Below, in pieces: positions 46,012 to 57,435 of a stretch of 64,000 nucleotides of DNA (position 1 is its first letter; every line of letters starts with the position of its first letter). The stretch is from a virus (lineage: Duplodnaviria > Caudoviricetes). Under the pieces are notes generated by a model that saw nothing but the letters and a program-made list of their open reading frames with translations, searched no databases and was not told where the DNA came from. Made by a program: the position numbers and the translations under genes. The stretch lies in the IMG/VR virus record IMGVR_UViG_3300042196_000418; one strand, written 5' to 3'.

Positions 46012-46809
46012 TCACGGCAGCACGATCCCCGCCTCGCCGATCGCGAGCTTTTGCGCCTGAGTCAGATTGTCGACGAGGCCGCACTTGTTACACGCCATGC
46101 CCACGAGCGCGCGGGTGACCTGGTCGGCCGTCGAGTGGACGTCGCCGATCGGAAAGCAGTTGCTCGTCTCGCCGGCAACAATCGTCCCGTCGCACGAGAT
46201 ACTCGGCGAACAGTTGCCCGACATACCGAGCGCGGCCCGCGCGCGCAGCATCGTCAGCGCGGCGCGAACGTCGCCGAGCGAGCGCGTGAGCGAGCGCAGA
46301 TTGAACGACGTAGGTCCCTTGCGAACGGGCAGGCCGTCCTTGCCAGAGTGAGCGCGCGCAGGCTTCATGCGGCCGAGCGGAATCAGGATCGAGAGCGTCG
46401 GCACGAACACGACACGTGGATCGTCCGTCGGAACAGCCGTCGGCCGCCTTGGATAGAAGCGTGGATCGTTGGTGATCTGCACCATCAGGCGCGGCCATTC
46501 GGGCCGCAGGATCTTCGCCCGGAGCGTCGGATCGTCGAGCCACATCCCGTTGGTGATGAGGATGACGTCGTACCCTCCGTCAATCACCGTCGAAAGGAAC
46601 CACTCGACGTCGGGGTGCTCGGTAGCCTCGCCACCGCTGATCAGGATCCGGCGCGGAATGCCCGAACGCCACGCGTCGCCTTCGAGACGCTCGGTGAGCG
46701 CGAGCGCAGCAAGAAAAGTCTCGCGCGTCATGTGCTCGCCAGCTACCGTGGACCCCTCGGAGCAGTGGTTGCAGCCCATGGAGCAGTAGTTCGTGATCTT
46801 GATCAGCAC
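46012..46809 (-). CDS. Radical SAM protein
   Basis: CSMGCNHC, ISGGEATEHP, ITNG and a C-terminal Cys cluster. Confidence 0.85.
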   Translation of the reverse strand: MLIKITNYCSMGCNHCSEGSTVAGEHMTRETFLAALALTERLEGDAWRSGIPRRILISGGEATEHPDVEWFLSTVIDGGYDVILITNGMWLDDPTLRAKILRPEWPRLMVQITNDPRFYPRRPTAVPTDDPRVVFVPTLSILIPLGRMKPARAHSGKDGLPVRKGPTSFNLRSLTRSLGDVRAALTMLRARAALGMSGNCSPSISCDGTIVAGETSNCFPIGDVHSTADQVTRALVGMACNKCGLVDNLTQAQKLAIGEAGIVLP

Positions 46810-47576
46810 TACTCGCCCCACCCACGCAAATCGTTGGCGACGTCGAGCCAATATTGCGACTTCGCCAGCATCTTCTCCGCAGCTTTCGCGCGCCCGGCCT
46901 CAAGCTCCTCGTTGTAGTTGCCGAGATAGCGTGCGGCCATCGCCTCGGCGTGCACGATGCGCTCCCCGACGGTGCGCTTGGTCATCGTCTTCGCGGTCAT
47001 CTACCGCTTCCTCCGCCGACGGCCGAACAGGCCCGCGACCAGATCGGCCGCCATGTAGCCCGCGATGCCGGCGCAGATGCCACGAGCTTCCGCTGCGACG
47101 TTGAACGACCGCAACCGCATCACGTGCAGGAAGAAGTACGCAACAAGGATCGCGATCATGACGATGCAGAGACGGCGGACGGTGTCGCTCATGGCTTGGC
47201 CTCCGACTTGGGAGAGAGCTTGACGAAAGCCGCGAACGCAGCGTCCTCGATCACGCGCGCGGGCACCATGCCGCTGCGCGGCTGCATGAACTTCTCGTCG
47301 TCGAGCACCAGCTCTATCGCCGTGCGGATCACGGCCCGCGGCTGCGCGCCGAGGAGCAGCCCGTGCGCCATGTCGACAGCGCGCTTGCGGACCTCGGATC
47401 GCGTCCAGATCTTGCCCTTGCGGCTCGTGATCGTGTAGCGCTCCTGCCACTCCTTATCGGTCATGGGCGCTTGCTCCCACAGCGGTTGCAGCGACCGTCC
47501 GATCCTTGCGTGCCGTTGCAGCGGCCCCAGATGCAGGACTTCGCGGCGAGAAAGCGGCGAACAGTGCTCGTGGTGC

Positions 47577-47999
47577 TCACGACGCGACCTCAGAGGTGAG
47601 CGGGATCTCCTTGGTGGGCCAGGCGCCCGGCTCCCACGCGCGACCGTTGTAGCTGATCTTGGCGATCACCTTGGCGCCCTGCTTGACCTCGCCGCCGAGC
47701 CAGTTGCCGCCGCCCAGCTCGTAGTGCTCGATGTACGCGCGGCATGCCTTGCTAGCGTCGGCAAGCGAGGCCACGCGGAGGGTCCGTCGCGGCACGCCAG
47801 GCATCGAGCGACGGCTGTCCTGCCCGAAGTCCGGGTTGCCGACGCTCGCGAGCAGGACCTTGTAGGCACCCTTGGGCGCGACCAGCGCGGCGATCGTGCG
47901 CGTATACGCAGCCTCGTGCTCGCACACCACGCAGGAGGTTGCACCGTACAGCGGAAGGCCGCAGGTGCCACAGGGCGTCTCGGTAGCGTCGAGGTTCAT
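47577..47999 (-). CDS. Hypothetical phage-type protein, operon head
   Basis: GNPDFGQ...GGGNW...ISYNGRAW; ATG 14 nt after the sigma54-like box. Confidence 0.65.
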   Translation of the reverse strand: MNLDATETPCGTCGLPLYGATSCVVCEHEAAYTRTIAALVAPKGAYKVLLASVGNPDFGQDSRRSMPGVPRRTLRVASLADASKACRAYIEHYELGGGNWLGGEVKQGAKVIAKISYNGRAWEPGAWPTKEIPLTSEVAS

Positions 48000-48011
48000 A
48001 CGGACAGGTAG

Positions 48012-48135
48012 AGCAGATCGCGTGCCCAGTCCACGGTCATCGTAAGTGTGCGACCGCGAACGCTGGGTACTTTGTAACCCGGTTCCGCGCTGCGTCGCGA
48101 TCCGTAACGCTCGAGACACGGGTAATTTTCTACCC
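48012..48135 (-). promoter_or_regulatory. Sigma54-like box plus palindrome pair
   Basis: gGGCACGcgatctGCt (48027-48012); palindromes at 48065-48080 and 48120-48135, 55 bp apart. Confidence 0.75.
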
Positions 48136-49854
48136 AGCTCCGCTCGACGGGATCTCGCGCCACTTCGATGCGTACAGCTTCGCGTCGTCTCATCGACGCA
48201 CCTTCGGGCCGTCGAAGCGGTGATGGCACTCCAGGCACCACCAGCGCGAGGTCCCTGGCTGGTCTCCGACGATCGGCTTGCCGTAGTTGCGGAGCGGCAC
48301 CGTGTCCGTGTGGCTGCACCGCGGGCACGCGAGATCGGGAAGCTGTTGTTTCTTCAGCATCAACGCGCGTTGCGCTCCGCAAAGGCCCGCAGCTCCGCGA
48401 GCTGTGCCTCGCGCTTCTCGAAGCGGTGATCCGCCGCGAGCTTCGTTCCGTGCCACCACTTCCGCGGCACGTCACCCTCTTGCCGGATCCGCTGATAGAG
48501 CGTGTCCATCAGTGTTTCGTTCGGGCCGCGTCCGAAGTCCGCGGTGACCGCGAGGTAGAGCTTGTCGCCCTCGCGAAGGAGTTGCGGATTCTTGAACGCA
48601 GCGACGCGCTGCTCTTTCGTCCACATCACGTCAGCTCCGTCAACTCGCCGATCGTCTCGGCTATCCGGCGAACGAACTCCTCGCGCGTCTCCCCTTCCTG
48701 CCAGGTAAGGCGCTTCTTGTACGTGTTCTTGTTCGTGTCGACCTCGACGGTCACGGCGATCTCGCGAATGTGCTCAGCCATGCGGCACCTCCACGTTCGG
48801 ATCGTACGGAATCCGCACCACCGCGCCCAGCCGGTAGAACCTGCCGGGTTCGAGCGGCTTCGCGTGCGGCACGCAGCGCCCACGCCCGCGATCGGCGAGC
48901 TGCTCGATCGTCGGCCGCGCGGCGCGGAGCGCCTCGGTCTCGTCGGCCGCGTCGACCACCGCGAGCGCGATGTCGGGCTCGCCGTAGAGCGTTTTGTCTT
49001 GAATCGTGACGATGAAGATCATCGGCGCCTCCCACGGCGATTCTTGTACGCGTCGAAGATAACGAAGCCGATGACGGCTCCGAGCGCCATGAACGCCACG
49101 AGCCAGGAGAACGCCGTAATGACGAACTCCCACGTGTGATCGCGCCAGGTCATCGAAGCGTCTCCACCGTGACCGGCACTACCCTCGCCGGATAGCTGTT
49201 GTTGAGCCGGTCTGCAATCCGACGCGCCGTCGGTCCGTCGAACACGCTTGCTTGATCGACGTGGCAGTCCCAACGATCCGTCCCGTCGTCGATCCATGAC
49301 GAGAGAAAGTACGGCATGAAGCCGGTACGCTGCACAACGATGTACTTCACGACGGGATCCCCGTCGGAGGCCGAACGAGCCGAAAAGCCCCGTCCTGCCA
49401 ATCATACAGCCAGAAGCGCGGGAACTTGTCCGGGTCACCAGCGTAGGCCGCGTCGACACGCGCGATCAGGTCCCAGTCCTTTGGGTCGCGATCCGTCGGA
49501 TCGATCGGCACCATCCCGTCGAACGCGGAGATGTCTTTCTGACGAAGTCCGTGCGCCTGCATCAACGTCGTCGACGCGCGCAGGATTTCGCGCCACCGCG
49601 GCATTGGCCACGGCACGCGCACGAACATGAGCGGACCCGGGCTGATGACGGTCATGTAGTGCCTCTGCGTCACCGCAGCTCCTCCAGCTGAGAGGGCTGC
49701 ACGCGTACGCTGCGCAGCCCGTCGTCGTCCTCGAATTCGATGACGACGTAGACTCCTTGCGCGTCGCGACCGCGGCGGATGACATGCGCCGCGTAACGAT
49801 CGCCGTCCGAATCGGTCCAGACAACGTCAGGGACGACGTAGCGGCCATCACAGA

Positions 49855-50832
49855 TCACGCAGCCACCGCCGTCCCATCATCCAGATATCCGCATCCCGCC
49901 GCCTTTGTCGCGCGCTGCGCGGCGCCGCACACGGGGCACGGCATGATCTTTCGCTTGTACGGCCGACTCGCGAACACTGGCAACGGAGTACCGGTCTTGG
50001 TCTTCGAATCGAAGCCCATGATCGAGAGCTTGATCCCGTTCTTGGTAGTCGGTGCCTTGCGTGCCTCCAGCTCGACGATCTTGGCGAACACGCGCGGACG
50101 TTCAGCGGCGAGGACCTTCCAATCACCACGTGAACCGTAGGGACATTTCATACAGGCTGATTTCCGGGGCACCGGGTAGCCGCTCGCGCGGGCGAGCGCC
50201 TCGCAGCGACAACGGCAGAGTCCGCGCTCCATGAGCGGGAAGCGATTGACGCGCCCTGCATGAGTCATCGCGAACGCAAGCGCCTTCGTCCACCGCCACG
50301 CGATCGTCAGATCGCGCAGTGGAGCCGATTTGCCAGGCTCGCGACCGTAGCTCGGGCCGCGTGGCTTGCCCGCGTTCGGATCGTTCTCGACGCGGCTCGT
50401 CTCCGCACCATCGAAACCGATCCACACTTCGACTTCCTGGCCGTGGAAGCGATCGTCGAGCCAACGCTCGAAGCGCTCCACCTTGGCGATCCGCGTGCAG
50501 ATGCGGTTGGGCCCGGCGACAGGGATCTGACCCATGTTCCAGAGCCACTGGAACAGCGATCGTGCGGCCTGGTTGTCGGGACGGATCAAGTAGCCCGTGC
50601 GCGCAGAGATCTCGACGAACTCGATACCGCGGGCCGCACACCACGGCTGAACGATCTCCTCAACGTGGCGGTACGTGCCATCCCACTCGCCGGGATGCTC
50701 GTCACGATCGTCAGCATCCCCGACGTCGACGAACGCGACAATGTCGGGCAGTTCGCCGCGAATCTCGGCATCGAGCAGCATCGCCCACGAGTCGAGACCA
50801 CCACCGAGCGAGAGGACCTTGGGACGCTTCAT
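49855..50832 (-). CDS. PAPS-reductase-like PP-loop protein 2
   Basis: SLGGGLDS, CTRIAKV, WIGFD, RFPL and PRKSACMKCPY. Confidence 0.8.
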   Translation of the reverse strand: MKRPKVLSLGGGLDSWAMLLDAEIRGELPDIVAFVDVGDADDRDEHPGEWDGTYRHVEEIVQPWCAARGIEFVEISARTGYLIRPDNQAARSLFQWLWNMGQIPVAGPNRICTRIAKVERFERWLDDRFHGQEVEVWIGFDGAETSRVENDPNAGKPRGPSYGREPGKSAPLRDLTIAWRWTKALAFAMTHAGRVNRFPLMERGLCRCRCEALARASGYPVPRKSACMKCPYGSRGDWKVLAAERPRVFAKIVELEARKAPTTKNGIKLSIMGFDSKTKTGTPLPVFASRPYKRKIMPCPVCGAAQRATKAAGCGYLDDGTAVAA

Positions 50833-51324
50833 CGTGAAGTCCCGCGGCGTCGAGCGACCTCGGCCAGCTCGGCCTCGATGTTCGCGCCCGTGATGATGGC
50901 GATCGGGCGTCCCGCGCGCTCTGTGTAGAGCCGCACGAGCCACGGGGACGTCCAGCAGCACTGGAGCTTCTTGCTCTCGTTGTTCGCCACGTCTACCACT
51001 CCCCTCGCTTGATCTCGCGGATGTGGAGGCCAAGCTGGTTGTTGTATGCGACTTCGAGGTTGAGCAGCTTGCAGATGTTCTGCGGTAGATCTTCGTTCTG
51101 AACATGGTCCTCGGGCCGATAGTACGGCGCGGTATCCGCCGAGGGCTTGGAGATGCTCCATCCCCACCCTGCGCCCGCGACGAAGCTGAAGCCATGCAGC
51201 TTGAAGTACGGCAAGATCTCGACGCGGGCCTGTTCGGCAAGCTTCTCGACCTCGGCGTGGAACGCAGCCTGCGCTGCCTCCAGCCCCTTGGAGAACTGGC
51301 CGAGGGTCCGCTTGGAAAGATCCT

Positions 51325-51657
51325 TCACGACACGAACCCACGGTTGAAGCGCGAAAACGTCTCTTCGTCGCGCGCTCGATCGATCTCATCCCAGAGCGCA
51401 CGTTCGTTCAACTCGCGAAGCGCTACGAGTTCACGGTAATCCTCGACCGCCTGCCATTCATGCGCGTCCGCCGCATGCTCGTCCGCCGCCATGCTGATCG
51501 TGTCGCGAATGACATTCCAGTCGCGCGCATCATCGAGTCCGCACGCGATTGCGTCACGCGTGTCGCGAAGCGCAAGAGCCTTCAACCTACGAGCCCGCTG
51601 TGCGCGTCCAGTGCGCATGATGGCGCGGAGTAGTTTCATGTGCCGCGTGATCCGCAT
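51325..51657 (-). CDS. Hypothetical protein, operon head
   Basis: ATG 14 nt after TGGCGCGgcggTTGCT. Confidence 0.6.
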   Translation of the reverse strand: MRITRHMKLLRAIMRTGRAQRARRLKALALRDTRDAIACGLDDARDWNVIRDTISMAADEHAADAHEWQAVEDYRELVALRELNERALWDEIDRARDEETFSRFNRGFVS

Positions 51658-51669
51658 GTCCTATCCAGG

Positions 51670-51891
51670 AGCAACCGCCGCGCCATCCTGACAGCAATGT
51701 GGCTGCACGCCAAGTCCCTGGTCCAAGCCAGCGGGTACTTGTAGACCCAGGGTCTAATATTCACAGATCCCGAAGCGCTCGAGACACGGGTAGCCAGCCA
51801 CTCAGGCACGGGCAATCGCGAGCTTGACGTACCGGGCGAGACCTACGGCGTCTCTTCATAGGACGTGTCAGGTCGTGGAATGCAGGGTGCA
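51670..51891. promoter_or_regulatory. Divergent control region: two sigma54-like boxes and a palindrome pair
   Basis: TGGCGCGGCGGTTGCT (-, 51685-51670); TGGAATGCAGGGTGCA (+, 51876-51891); palindromes at 51733-51748 and 51788-51803 (second degenerate). Confidence 0.75.
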
Positions 51892-51904
51892 ATTAACCTC
51901 GGGC

Positions 51905-52282
51905 ATGGCGAACATGGGAACGAAGAAGGCGGCGAACGGCACGATCCTCGGAACCTACCGCGTGTGCGGTCGCTGCAAGGGTACGGGGTGGTGGTCGGGT
52001 CAGGTTCTGCGCGGGTGCTTCGCGTGCGGCGGGCAAACCATGCGCATCGGCTCGGGCCGCGTGTTCGTCGAGAGCGCGGCCGGCAAAATTGCCCGCATGG
52101 AATCTCACGCCGCGCAGGTCCGCGCCGACATCGCGGAACACATGGCGCGCCTAGAGAAGCTCGGACCCAACGCCCCTCGCTGGAAGCGTATGTCACCCGA
52201 AGCGTGGCTGGCTCGCGACCGCGATAACCTCGCACGCATCGAAGGCGAAATCGCAAGCACTCGCAAGGAAGCGGGCCTGTGA
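51905..52282 (+). CDS. Zinc-finger protein (CGRCKGTG...CFACGG)
   Basis: Cys motifs; start 15 nt after the sigma54-like box. Confidence 0.6.
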   Translation: MANMGTKKAANGTILGTYRVCGRCKGTGWWSGQVLRGCFACGGQTMRIGSGRVFVESAAGKIARMESHAAQVRADIAEHMARLEKLGPNAPRWKRMSPEAWLARDRDNLARIEGEIASTRKEAGL

Positions 52283-52585
52283 TGCTCGGACGCGTGAAGA
52301 TGATCTCGAACACAGGCTGCCCGTTACCCAGCCTGGTGGAAGTCGAGTTCGACCAGGCCGACGTTGTCCAACTCGGCAAGCTCTACTGCTGGGGCAGCGC
52401 GGGATGCCAGTTCATCGTGCGGCTGCGTGACGGTCGTGAAGTGTTCGTGAATGCGAGCAAGCAGCGCAAGGACGATGAGCGCTTCCTGCGCCGCCTCGCC
52501 AAACCGATTCGCGGTTGGGCGCCAGGCCGCTCTGAAGGCTTCCGCACGGTGTGGAGCACGCTGATATACTCGTCGTGAAGGACCC

Positions 52586-52969
52586 ATGGCGAAGAAAAAG
52601 TCGCTCGACAGCTACTTGCAGCTCGCGAATCATGCGGCCCGTTGGGCAGCTCCCAACAGTCCCTTCGCGGCGGCGAATCCAGCGCTGCGTCCGTACATGA
52701 CGCGTGTGCCTAGGGAGATCGGACCTCGCATCGATCGTCAGTTCTGGTTTGGTGAAGTGCTCGATGATCTCCGCCGCGCTGCCGAGCGCGACCTCAATTC
52801 AACCGAGCTGAAGCGCCTCGATAACGTCCTTCGACTCATGATCGCGACACCTCCTGCTGGCTATGGCTCGGACTCGAAACACATGACGACTCATCACGCG
52901 GCCCGCAAGAAGAGTCCAGCTCAGCTCGACCGCGAGATCGCGGAAGCGACCTCGCGGTCTCGACGCTGA
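52586..52969 (+). CDS. Hypothetical protein with C-terminal AQLDREI motif
   Basis: Ends HHAARKKSPAQLDREIAEATSRSRR. Confidence 0.7.
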   Translation: MAKKKSLDSYLQLANHAARWAAPNSPFAAANPALRPYMTRVPREIGPRIDRQFWFGEVLDDLRRAAERDLNSTELKRLDNVLRLMIATPPAGYGSDSKHMTTHHAARKKSPAQLDREIAEATSRSRR

Positions 52970-53191
52970 TCACGCTTCAACGCGTGCCGAACACACCGGG
53001 AAGTTGCGTCGAGACAACGCCGTCAGCACTGCGCAGCCGCGCCTCCCGCTGACGCCAGCTCGGCAGTTAGTGTACAGATCCCGGAGAGAACGAAACACGG
53101 GTGCTTTGCGCACCCACCCCACACTTCAACAGCTAGCGCGGGAGTGCCGCGGCCCGTGATACTTTCCGCTTCCAACCACAACGAGGTCTCC

Positions 53192-53938
53192 GTGAAGCAG
53201 CTCAGTGTTCTCTTTCTTCTGTTCGTGTTCGCAAACTGCACCATCGACGACGAGACCGTCTCGTCAGTCGAAGACGAAGTCGTCACGCCCGAGGCGATCT
53301 CGGCGGCACAGCTCAACAGTGCCAAGGCAGCTGCCAGCGCCATCGGCGGGGCAAGCCTGAACAGTAACAGCGCCGCCATCCAGAGCCTCGTATCGACGGC
53401 CAACGGCCAAGCCGTATTCGGAGCGATCGTGGCCTGCGCCGTCTCGAGCGGGCAGAGCGTCAGCGCCACAGGTCCCAGCGGCACGCTCACGTTCAACGGA
53501 GCGCTGGGTGTCGCGTCGGCCTGGCGCACGTCGGCTCCGACCAGCGCGAACAAGCGTTGGACGACTGCGTGCGTGCTGTCCAAGACCAGCGCCTTCGGCT
53601 TTACTTTGAACGTGTCGGTCCGTCACGATTCCTACCTGCCGTTGACATCCACCGCTGCGGAGCGCGCGACATACGCGGTCGCCGTCGGAGCGTTCTATGG
53701 CGACTTGTTCCAGGCTTCACCCAAGACGTTTGCCTGTGGCGCCATCAACTGGCCTGCGGGCTCAGATCCGCGCGTCGAATGCGCGCGCACGGTCAACGGC
53801 GTCACCACGACGTGTGGCTTCAGCTGGACGGGGCTGTGCACGAACACGCCTCCCTGTACGGACAAGACAGCGCCCTACGGAACGTGTACGGGCAGCGCTG
53901 TTCCGTACGCGGAAGTCGCAACGATCTTCATCCAGTGA
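53192..53938 (+). CDS. Secreted Cys-rich lipoprotein (host-type)
   Basis: Signal/lipobox FANC; ACVLS...GAFYGDLF...C-rich, which I associate with myxobacterial secreted proteins. Confidence 0.6.
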   Translation: MKQLSVLFLLFVFANCTIDDETVSSVEDEVVTPEAISAAQLNSAKAAASAIGGASLNSNSAAIQSLVSTANGQAVFGAIVACAVSSGQSVSATGPSGTLTFNGALGVASAWRTSAPTSANKRWTTACVLSKTSAFGFTLNVSVRHDSYLPLTSTAAERATYAVAVGAFYGDLFQASPKTFACGAINWPAGSDPRVECARTVNGVTTTCGFSWTGLCTNTPPCTDKTAPYGTCTGSAVPYAEVATIFIQ

Positions 53939-54230
53939 AGGACTGAGGTCTCGGCCGCCGCGCAGCTGATATACTCGCCGTAACGAGGCAGACGTCGACC
54001 AGGGCACTCGAACAAGCCCGAACGCAGGTGCGCCGCGGCTTTGACCAAGGCTACCCGGTCGACGCGGTGGCGGCCTTCATCGAAGATGTCGGACCCGACG
54101 TCGACGCACGTTTGTGGGCGTGGTGGATGACGCTCTCAAACCTGACGACCGGCCCAAAAACGAACGTGGTTTTCGGCGCTACTACGAGGGTGTGTACGAA
54201 GACCTCGAAAATCTATGGCCGCGACGCTGA

Positions 54231-54632
54231 TCAACGCGCCATGCCCGGAAGTTTGGAGGCGACGATACCCTCGTCGCTGCGCAGTCGCGCATGCCGCTGT
54301 CGCCAGCGCGGCATGTAGTGATCCATCAACGTGTAGAAGCGTGCGTCGTGCCCGGATCCCTTCTCGTCACCGATGAGGAGGTGCACGAGCTCGTGTACGA
54401 TCACGTACTCGAGGTCCGCTGGCTGCATCGTTGCGAGCGCCTGGCTGATCCACATGCGACGCGTGGCCAGGTTGAGCGATCCAAACCGCCGCATCTTCTT
54501 GACCCGAAAGTCGCTGAGAGCCACGCCGAGAATGGGTTGCCACTTGTCGAGGAGCGTCTGCACGCGAGCCACGAGCCGCGTGCGCTCCTGGTGGTTCGCG
54601 ATTTCGCGATCGAGCTGGCGTGCCGTCTTCAT
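54231..54632 (-). CDS. YgjP/M48-like zinc metallopeptidase with N-terminal RQLDREI motif
   Basis: KKMRRFGS, LEYVIVHELVHL and GHDARFY..MD..MP.W. Confidence 0.85.
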   Translation of the reverse strand: MKTARQLDREIANHQERTRLVARVQTLLDKWQPILGVALSDFRVKKMRRFGSLNLATRRMWISQALATMQPADLEYVIVHELVHLLIGDEKGSGHDARFYTLMDHYMPRWRQRHARLRSDEGIVASKLPGMAR

Positions 54633-54648
54633 GTACCGAGTACCAAGG

Positions 54649-54997
54649 TCATTCTTTCCCTGGGCGATGAGCCAGCGCATCGGCGATCTCGCGATCTAAC
54701 TGTGCAGAAGACTTTTTCGTCGCCGTCGTCCCCTCGCGTGCATCGATAATCTCTTTTGCCTCTGCAATGATCGGCGCTCGGCGCCGCATTGGTCCACCCC
54801 CAACTGAAGCCAGAAATGGCAAGGAACGCAGGTGCGTCCTTGATGGTCTCGAAGCGCCAGCTCCCCGGCGTGCCGAGCAGCGCGACGACCCAGTGTCCAC
54901 CATCCATGCGCAGCTCGACGTCGTAGCTGCGCCCCGCCTGATCGAGCGCCTTGGTGGAAAGAGGGATGCGCTCGGTGAGCTTCCACTTGCTGGCCAT
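54649..54997 (-). pseudogene. Frameshifted gene with C-terminal AQLDREI motif
   Basis: 7-bp tandem duplication TCGGCGC at 54771-54784; removing one copy joins MASKWKL...WTNAAP to IIAEAKE...KKSSAQLDREIADALAHRPGKE*. Confidence 0.75.
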
Positions 54998-55283
54998 GGC
55001 ATCTCGATTCTAGTTGTTATCGTCGTTGGACGCGACGATCACGACAGCTCCCGATCGTAGCTCAAGCACTCGCCGTCGGACGAATCTGCCGGGGCCACCC
55101 CCGGAGATCTTTGCTCATCGCCCACGCAGGACGGCGACTAAGGCACCACAAGAAGAAGCGCCCGTTCCAGTAGATCAAATCCGTCGACTCTGGTTGTAAA
55201 GGCGCTCCATGCATGTCCACGACGCTACAAGGCGCCTCTGACGTTCGTGGGCCGGCGCCAGGCACGGAGCCGCGGTCCCGTGG

Positions 55284-55838
55284 CTACGGTCGGAAATTAT
55301 CCCACGCTTCATGCACGCCATGGAGCTCGGGATGGAAATGATGGTCACGCATCTCTTGGTACGCACGATCCTTCGTCCAGTGGTCGTGCAACACGCGATA
55401 GCGGCCGATAACGTACCCAGTGCGATCTTGGCCGTGGGTGCAGTGGACGAGCCACAGCTCGTCGGCGGTCGCTCCAACGAGCAGTGTCTCTGCCTCGTCG
55501 ACGAGCAGGGGATCCGGCCCTTTGAACACACTCTTCAGATCGTCCCACGTGCTTTGATCTCCCTCGGGTTGAATCGCGAGAACATGCACTTCGATGCCCA
55601 TGCGCGCCGCGAGGTCATCGGATCCTTCCGTGTCAAAGTTCAACTTGATTACGTGCACGTGTCGACCGTTCGCGAGCGCGCGGATGTAGTTCCAACCCTC
55701 CTGCGTCGTGATCTGGCCAGAGCGCCAGACGTTGGTGTTGACCTGCGCGAGGTTAGGGATCCCGTGCGTGTAGTGCATGGGAGAGCAGGCGGTGAGCGTG
55801 GCGAAGACGAGGACGAGGGCGAAGGTACGAATCGACAT
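55284..55838 (-). CDS. Protein-tyrosine/dual-specificity phosphatase-fold lipoprotein
   Basis: HCTHGQDRTG (CX5R); lipobox LTAC. Confidence 0.85.
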   Translation of the reverse strand: MSIRTFALVLVFATLTACSPMHYTHGIPNLAQVNTNVWRSGQITTQEGWNYIRALANGRHVHVIKLNFDTEGSDDLAARMGIEVHVLAIQPEGDQSTWDDLKSVFKGPDPLLVDEAETLLVGATADELWLVHCTHGQDRTGYVIGRYRVLHDHWTKDRAYQEMRDHHFHPELHGVHEAWDNFRP

Positions 55839-55873
55839 GCCGCGAGGCTAGCGCGATAGTGTCTCGCGCAGAT

Positions 55874-56203
55874 CTAGAACGCCTTCAGCTTCCACTTCTT
55901 CGGCGAGACCTGCTTGAGCGCGTCCTCGACGCTCGAGTGCTGCGAATCTCGGACGGGCCCCAGCTCGTCGAAGAAGCTGACCTGCCACTTACCGATGGAC
56001 TTGGTCGAGGGGTGGACGATCGCCGACTCGTCGCGCCTCATTCTCGACGAAAATTCGGCGCCCCGCAGCGGACCCACGACCTTCCAGTCACAGCTCTTGA
56101 TCCCAAACGCGAGCGTGCGACAGACCACGCGCAGCGGAGACTTGTGCCGTGCCAGGGCCTCTGCGATCTCACGATCAAGCTGGGCGGACTTGTTCACCGA
56201 CAT
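55874..56203 (-). CDS. Hypothetical protein with N-terminal AQLDREI motif
   Basis: MSVNKSAQLDREIAEAL. Confidence 0.7.
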   Translation of the reverse strand: MSVNKSAQLDREIAEALARHKSPLRVVCRTLAFGIKSCDWKVVGPLRGAEFSSRMRRDESAIVHPSTKSIGKWQVSFFDELGPVRDSQHSSVEDALKQVSPKKWKLKAF

Positions 56204-56385
56204 GGGCCTCCGTGGTCTTGGGGTTCCGCGTTCCGCGCGTTCGAGTCTACTGCGTGGAACTGCAAAGCCCCAATTTCGAGCGAGCGATCGCCACAAGTGA
56301 GGCAGCCTTCGCGAAACAGCTCTCGTGCTACGATCAAAGGAGGCGTCGAAGCCGCGGCCTCCGCGCAACGCGCAACACCTAAAGT

Positions 56386-56898
56386 CTATTCCTCGATCGT
56401 CGCGCCAGCACGCTCGGCCGCCGCGCGGCCCGCCTTCGTGAAGGGGCCGACCACGACCAGCTCGGGCGAGACCTCGGACCGGTACGCGTCGAACAAGACC
56501 TGCGCGAGCCCGCGTCCGCGCGCATCGGAATCGACCCAGAAGTGATGCACGTAGGGCCGGTCGAGTTCGACGGAATACGCGAGACCGGCCAACGGATCCT
56601 CGACGCCGCCCTTGGGCAAAACGATCAAAATGCGGCCAGAGCGCCCGCCGCCATACATTTTACCGACGGTGAAGATCAGATCCCAAGCACTCGGAATGCC
56701 TGCGAGCGTGACCTCGATCGGCTCGCGCCGTGTGATGCGCTCGCCCATGAGCGCCTCATGCACGCGCTCGCGCGTGATCCGCTCCATGCCGCCGTTGCCG
56801 TCAGGCCGCTTCGCCAGCGTCTCCTCGATCTCGCGCTCGAGTTGCTTGGCGGGCGTCTTCTTCTTCGCGGGAGCCGCCTTCTTCGGCGTGCGCGGCAC
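56386..56898 (-). CDS. GNAT acetyltransferase-like protein with N-terminal KQLEREI motif
   Basis: FWVDSDARGRGLAQVLF (motif A); GAGGAG upstream of the GTG. Confidence 0.75.
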   Translation of the reverse strand: MPRTPKKAAPAKKKTPAKQLEREIEETLAKRPDGNGGMERITRERVHEALMGERITRREPIEVTLAGIPSAWDLIFTVGKMYGGGRSGRILIVLPKGGVEDPLAGLAYSVELDRPYVHHFWVDSDARGRGLAQVLFDAYRSEVSPELVVVGPFTKAGRAAAERAGATIEE

Positions 56899-56900
56899 GG

Positions 56901-57410
56901 CTACTCCTCGCTCTGCGCGCTCGCAATTTCCGCCTGCAACGCACTCTCCAGTGCAGCCTTCTCGCTTGCGGAGAGCTTCTTCCACGCCGCACGCACCATG
57001 TCGTCGGGAGTCATCCACTCGAAGGCCCCAACCATCTGCGTGAGAGCCGCAGAGCGATTCATGCGCGGGTTCGCGAGCACCTGCTTGGCCATGAGCATCG
57101 AGCCGTAACCGTAGTTACCAGCGAGCAACCAGCCGACGCGCTCTGCCACCAAATTGGGGTCTTCGCTCATCGCCTTGTAGAACTCCGCCTGTGCCTCCTT
57201 CCGATCGGAGAGCGGTGCCCGACGAAGCCCGTCGAGATGCTTGCGCGCATCTGCAAGCTCGCGACGCTCGTACTCCGCCTGACTCGGAACGCCGGAGGCT
57301 TTGGCCTTCGCGCCCGTCGCCGCTCCCTGCTTCTTTTCGCGCATGCGCAGGACCTCGTCGATCTCACGATCGAGCTGCGCGCCACGCGTCTTCGTACCGT
57401 TGTTCGCCAT
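56901..57410 (-). CDS. Hypothetical protein with N-terminal AQLDREI motif
   Basis: KTRGAQLDREIDEVL. Confidence 0.75.
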   Translation of the reverse strand: MANNGTKTRGAQLDREIDEVLRMREKKQGAATGAKAKASGVPSQAEYERRELADARKHLDGLRRAPLSDRKEAQAEFYKAMSEDPNLVAERVGWLLAGNYGYGSMLMAKQVLANPRMNRSAALTQMVGAFEWMTPDDMVRAAWKKLSASEKAALESALQAEIASAQSEE

Positions 57411-57435
57411 CAGCCTATGCTCCCTTTCGTTCGAA

